Below are positions 63,761-64,000 of a stretch of 64,000 bases of DNA, piece after piece. The stretch's first letter is position 1. Each line of letters begins with the position of its first letter. This DNA is from Obrimoposthia wandeli (taxonomy: Eukaryota), in contig CDROCS010005499.1 of NCBI GenBank assembly GCA_977020255.1, forward strand, positions 1-64,000. Direction: 5' to 3'. The notes under the pieces were generated by a model. It was not told the origin of the DNA. It was given only the letters and a program-made list of their open reading frames with translations, and ran no database searches. A program made the translations under genes and the position numbers.

Positions 63761-64000
63761 TAACAGGTGATGTAAATAAAAATTGGAGGGCTCTCATATT
63801 AAATAGTATTGGGTATACTAATCAAACACTCGGTCGTCGCCTTCCACCGGGTACAAACGCATTTGAAGAAGCTATAAAATCTTACAATAAAGCGTTACTT
63901 ATAATAGACAGTTCAGAGGAATCTAAAGACTGGGCAAATATTCATAATAACTTAGGCATGGTTTACTCATATAGTACAGAGTTTAAGTATGATAAAGAAA
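63757..64000 (+). CDS. TPR-like protein fragment (runs off the window)
   Basis: Open frame MLTGDVNKNW…AFEEAIKSYNKAL…WANIHNNLGMVY; the ATG lies inside the IS remnant. Confidence 0.5.
   Translation, partial: MLTGDVNKNWRALILNSIGYTNQTLGRRLPPGTNAFEEAIKSYNKALLIIDSSEESKDWANIHNNLGMVYSYSTEFKYDKE

Larger units (their letters stand above)
51580..64000 (-). mobile_element. Decayed integron gene-cassette array (no intI in window)
   Basis: Co-oriented short genes bounded by complementary R''/R' heptamers (e.g. ACATAAC/GTTATGT around 54362-54769, ACCTAAC/GTTAGGT around 58883-59233) and VCR-like spacers. Confidence 0.8.

Overview
Vibrionaceae chromosome segment, most likely Photobacterium (inferred from gene order and protein style, not from a search). 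It probably lies in the terminus macrodomain, given matP plus several matS sites. There are three zones. (1) 0.7-4 kb: an AT-rich five-gene module encoding an outer-membrane beta-barrel, two exported alpha+beta-barrel proteins and a ToxR-like membrane regulator overlapping a ToxS-like partner. (2) 4-51 kb: the conserved backbone (matP, Lon-like protease, fabA, rmf, frameshifted DUF3466 gene, uup, rlmKL, zapC, pyrD, large NAD-GDH, pepN, pncB, prc, proQ, msrC, ABC exporter, letA/letB, rsmF), then azoR, a MipA/OmpV protein, two csp genes, an atypical Ddl and a diguanylate cyclase. An unannotated SdsR/RyeB-like sRNA follows rsmF. (3) 51.5-64 kb: a decayed integron-type cassette array with mostly minus-strand genes and no intI in the window. 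Its attC sites have been repeatedly hit by an IS91-like (Y2 transposase plus tyrosine recombinase) element and an IS10-like IS4 element. The best leads are the attC-associated IS91-like ends, the ToxRS-like module, the Ddl with altered specificity residues and the SdsR-like RNA. All family assignments come from motif recognition by eye; no database search was run.
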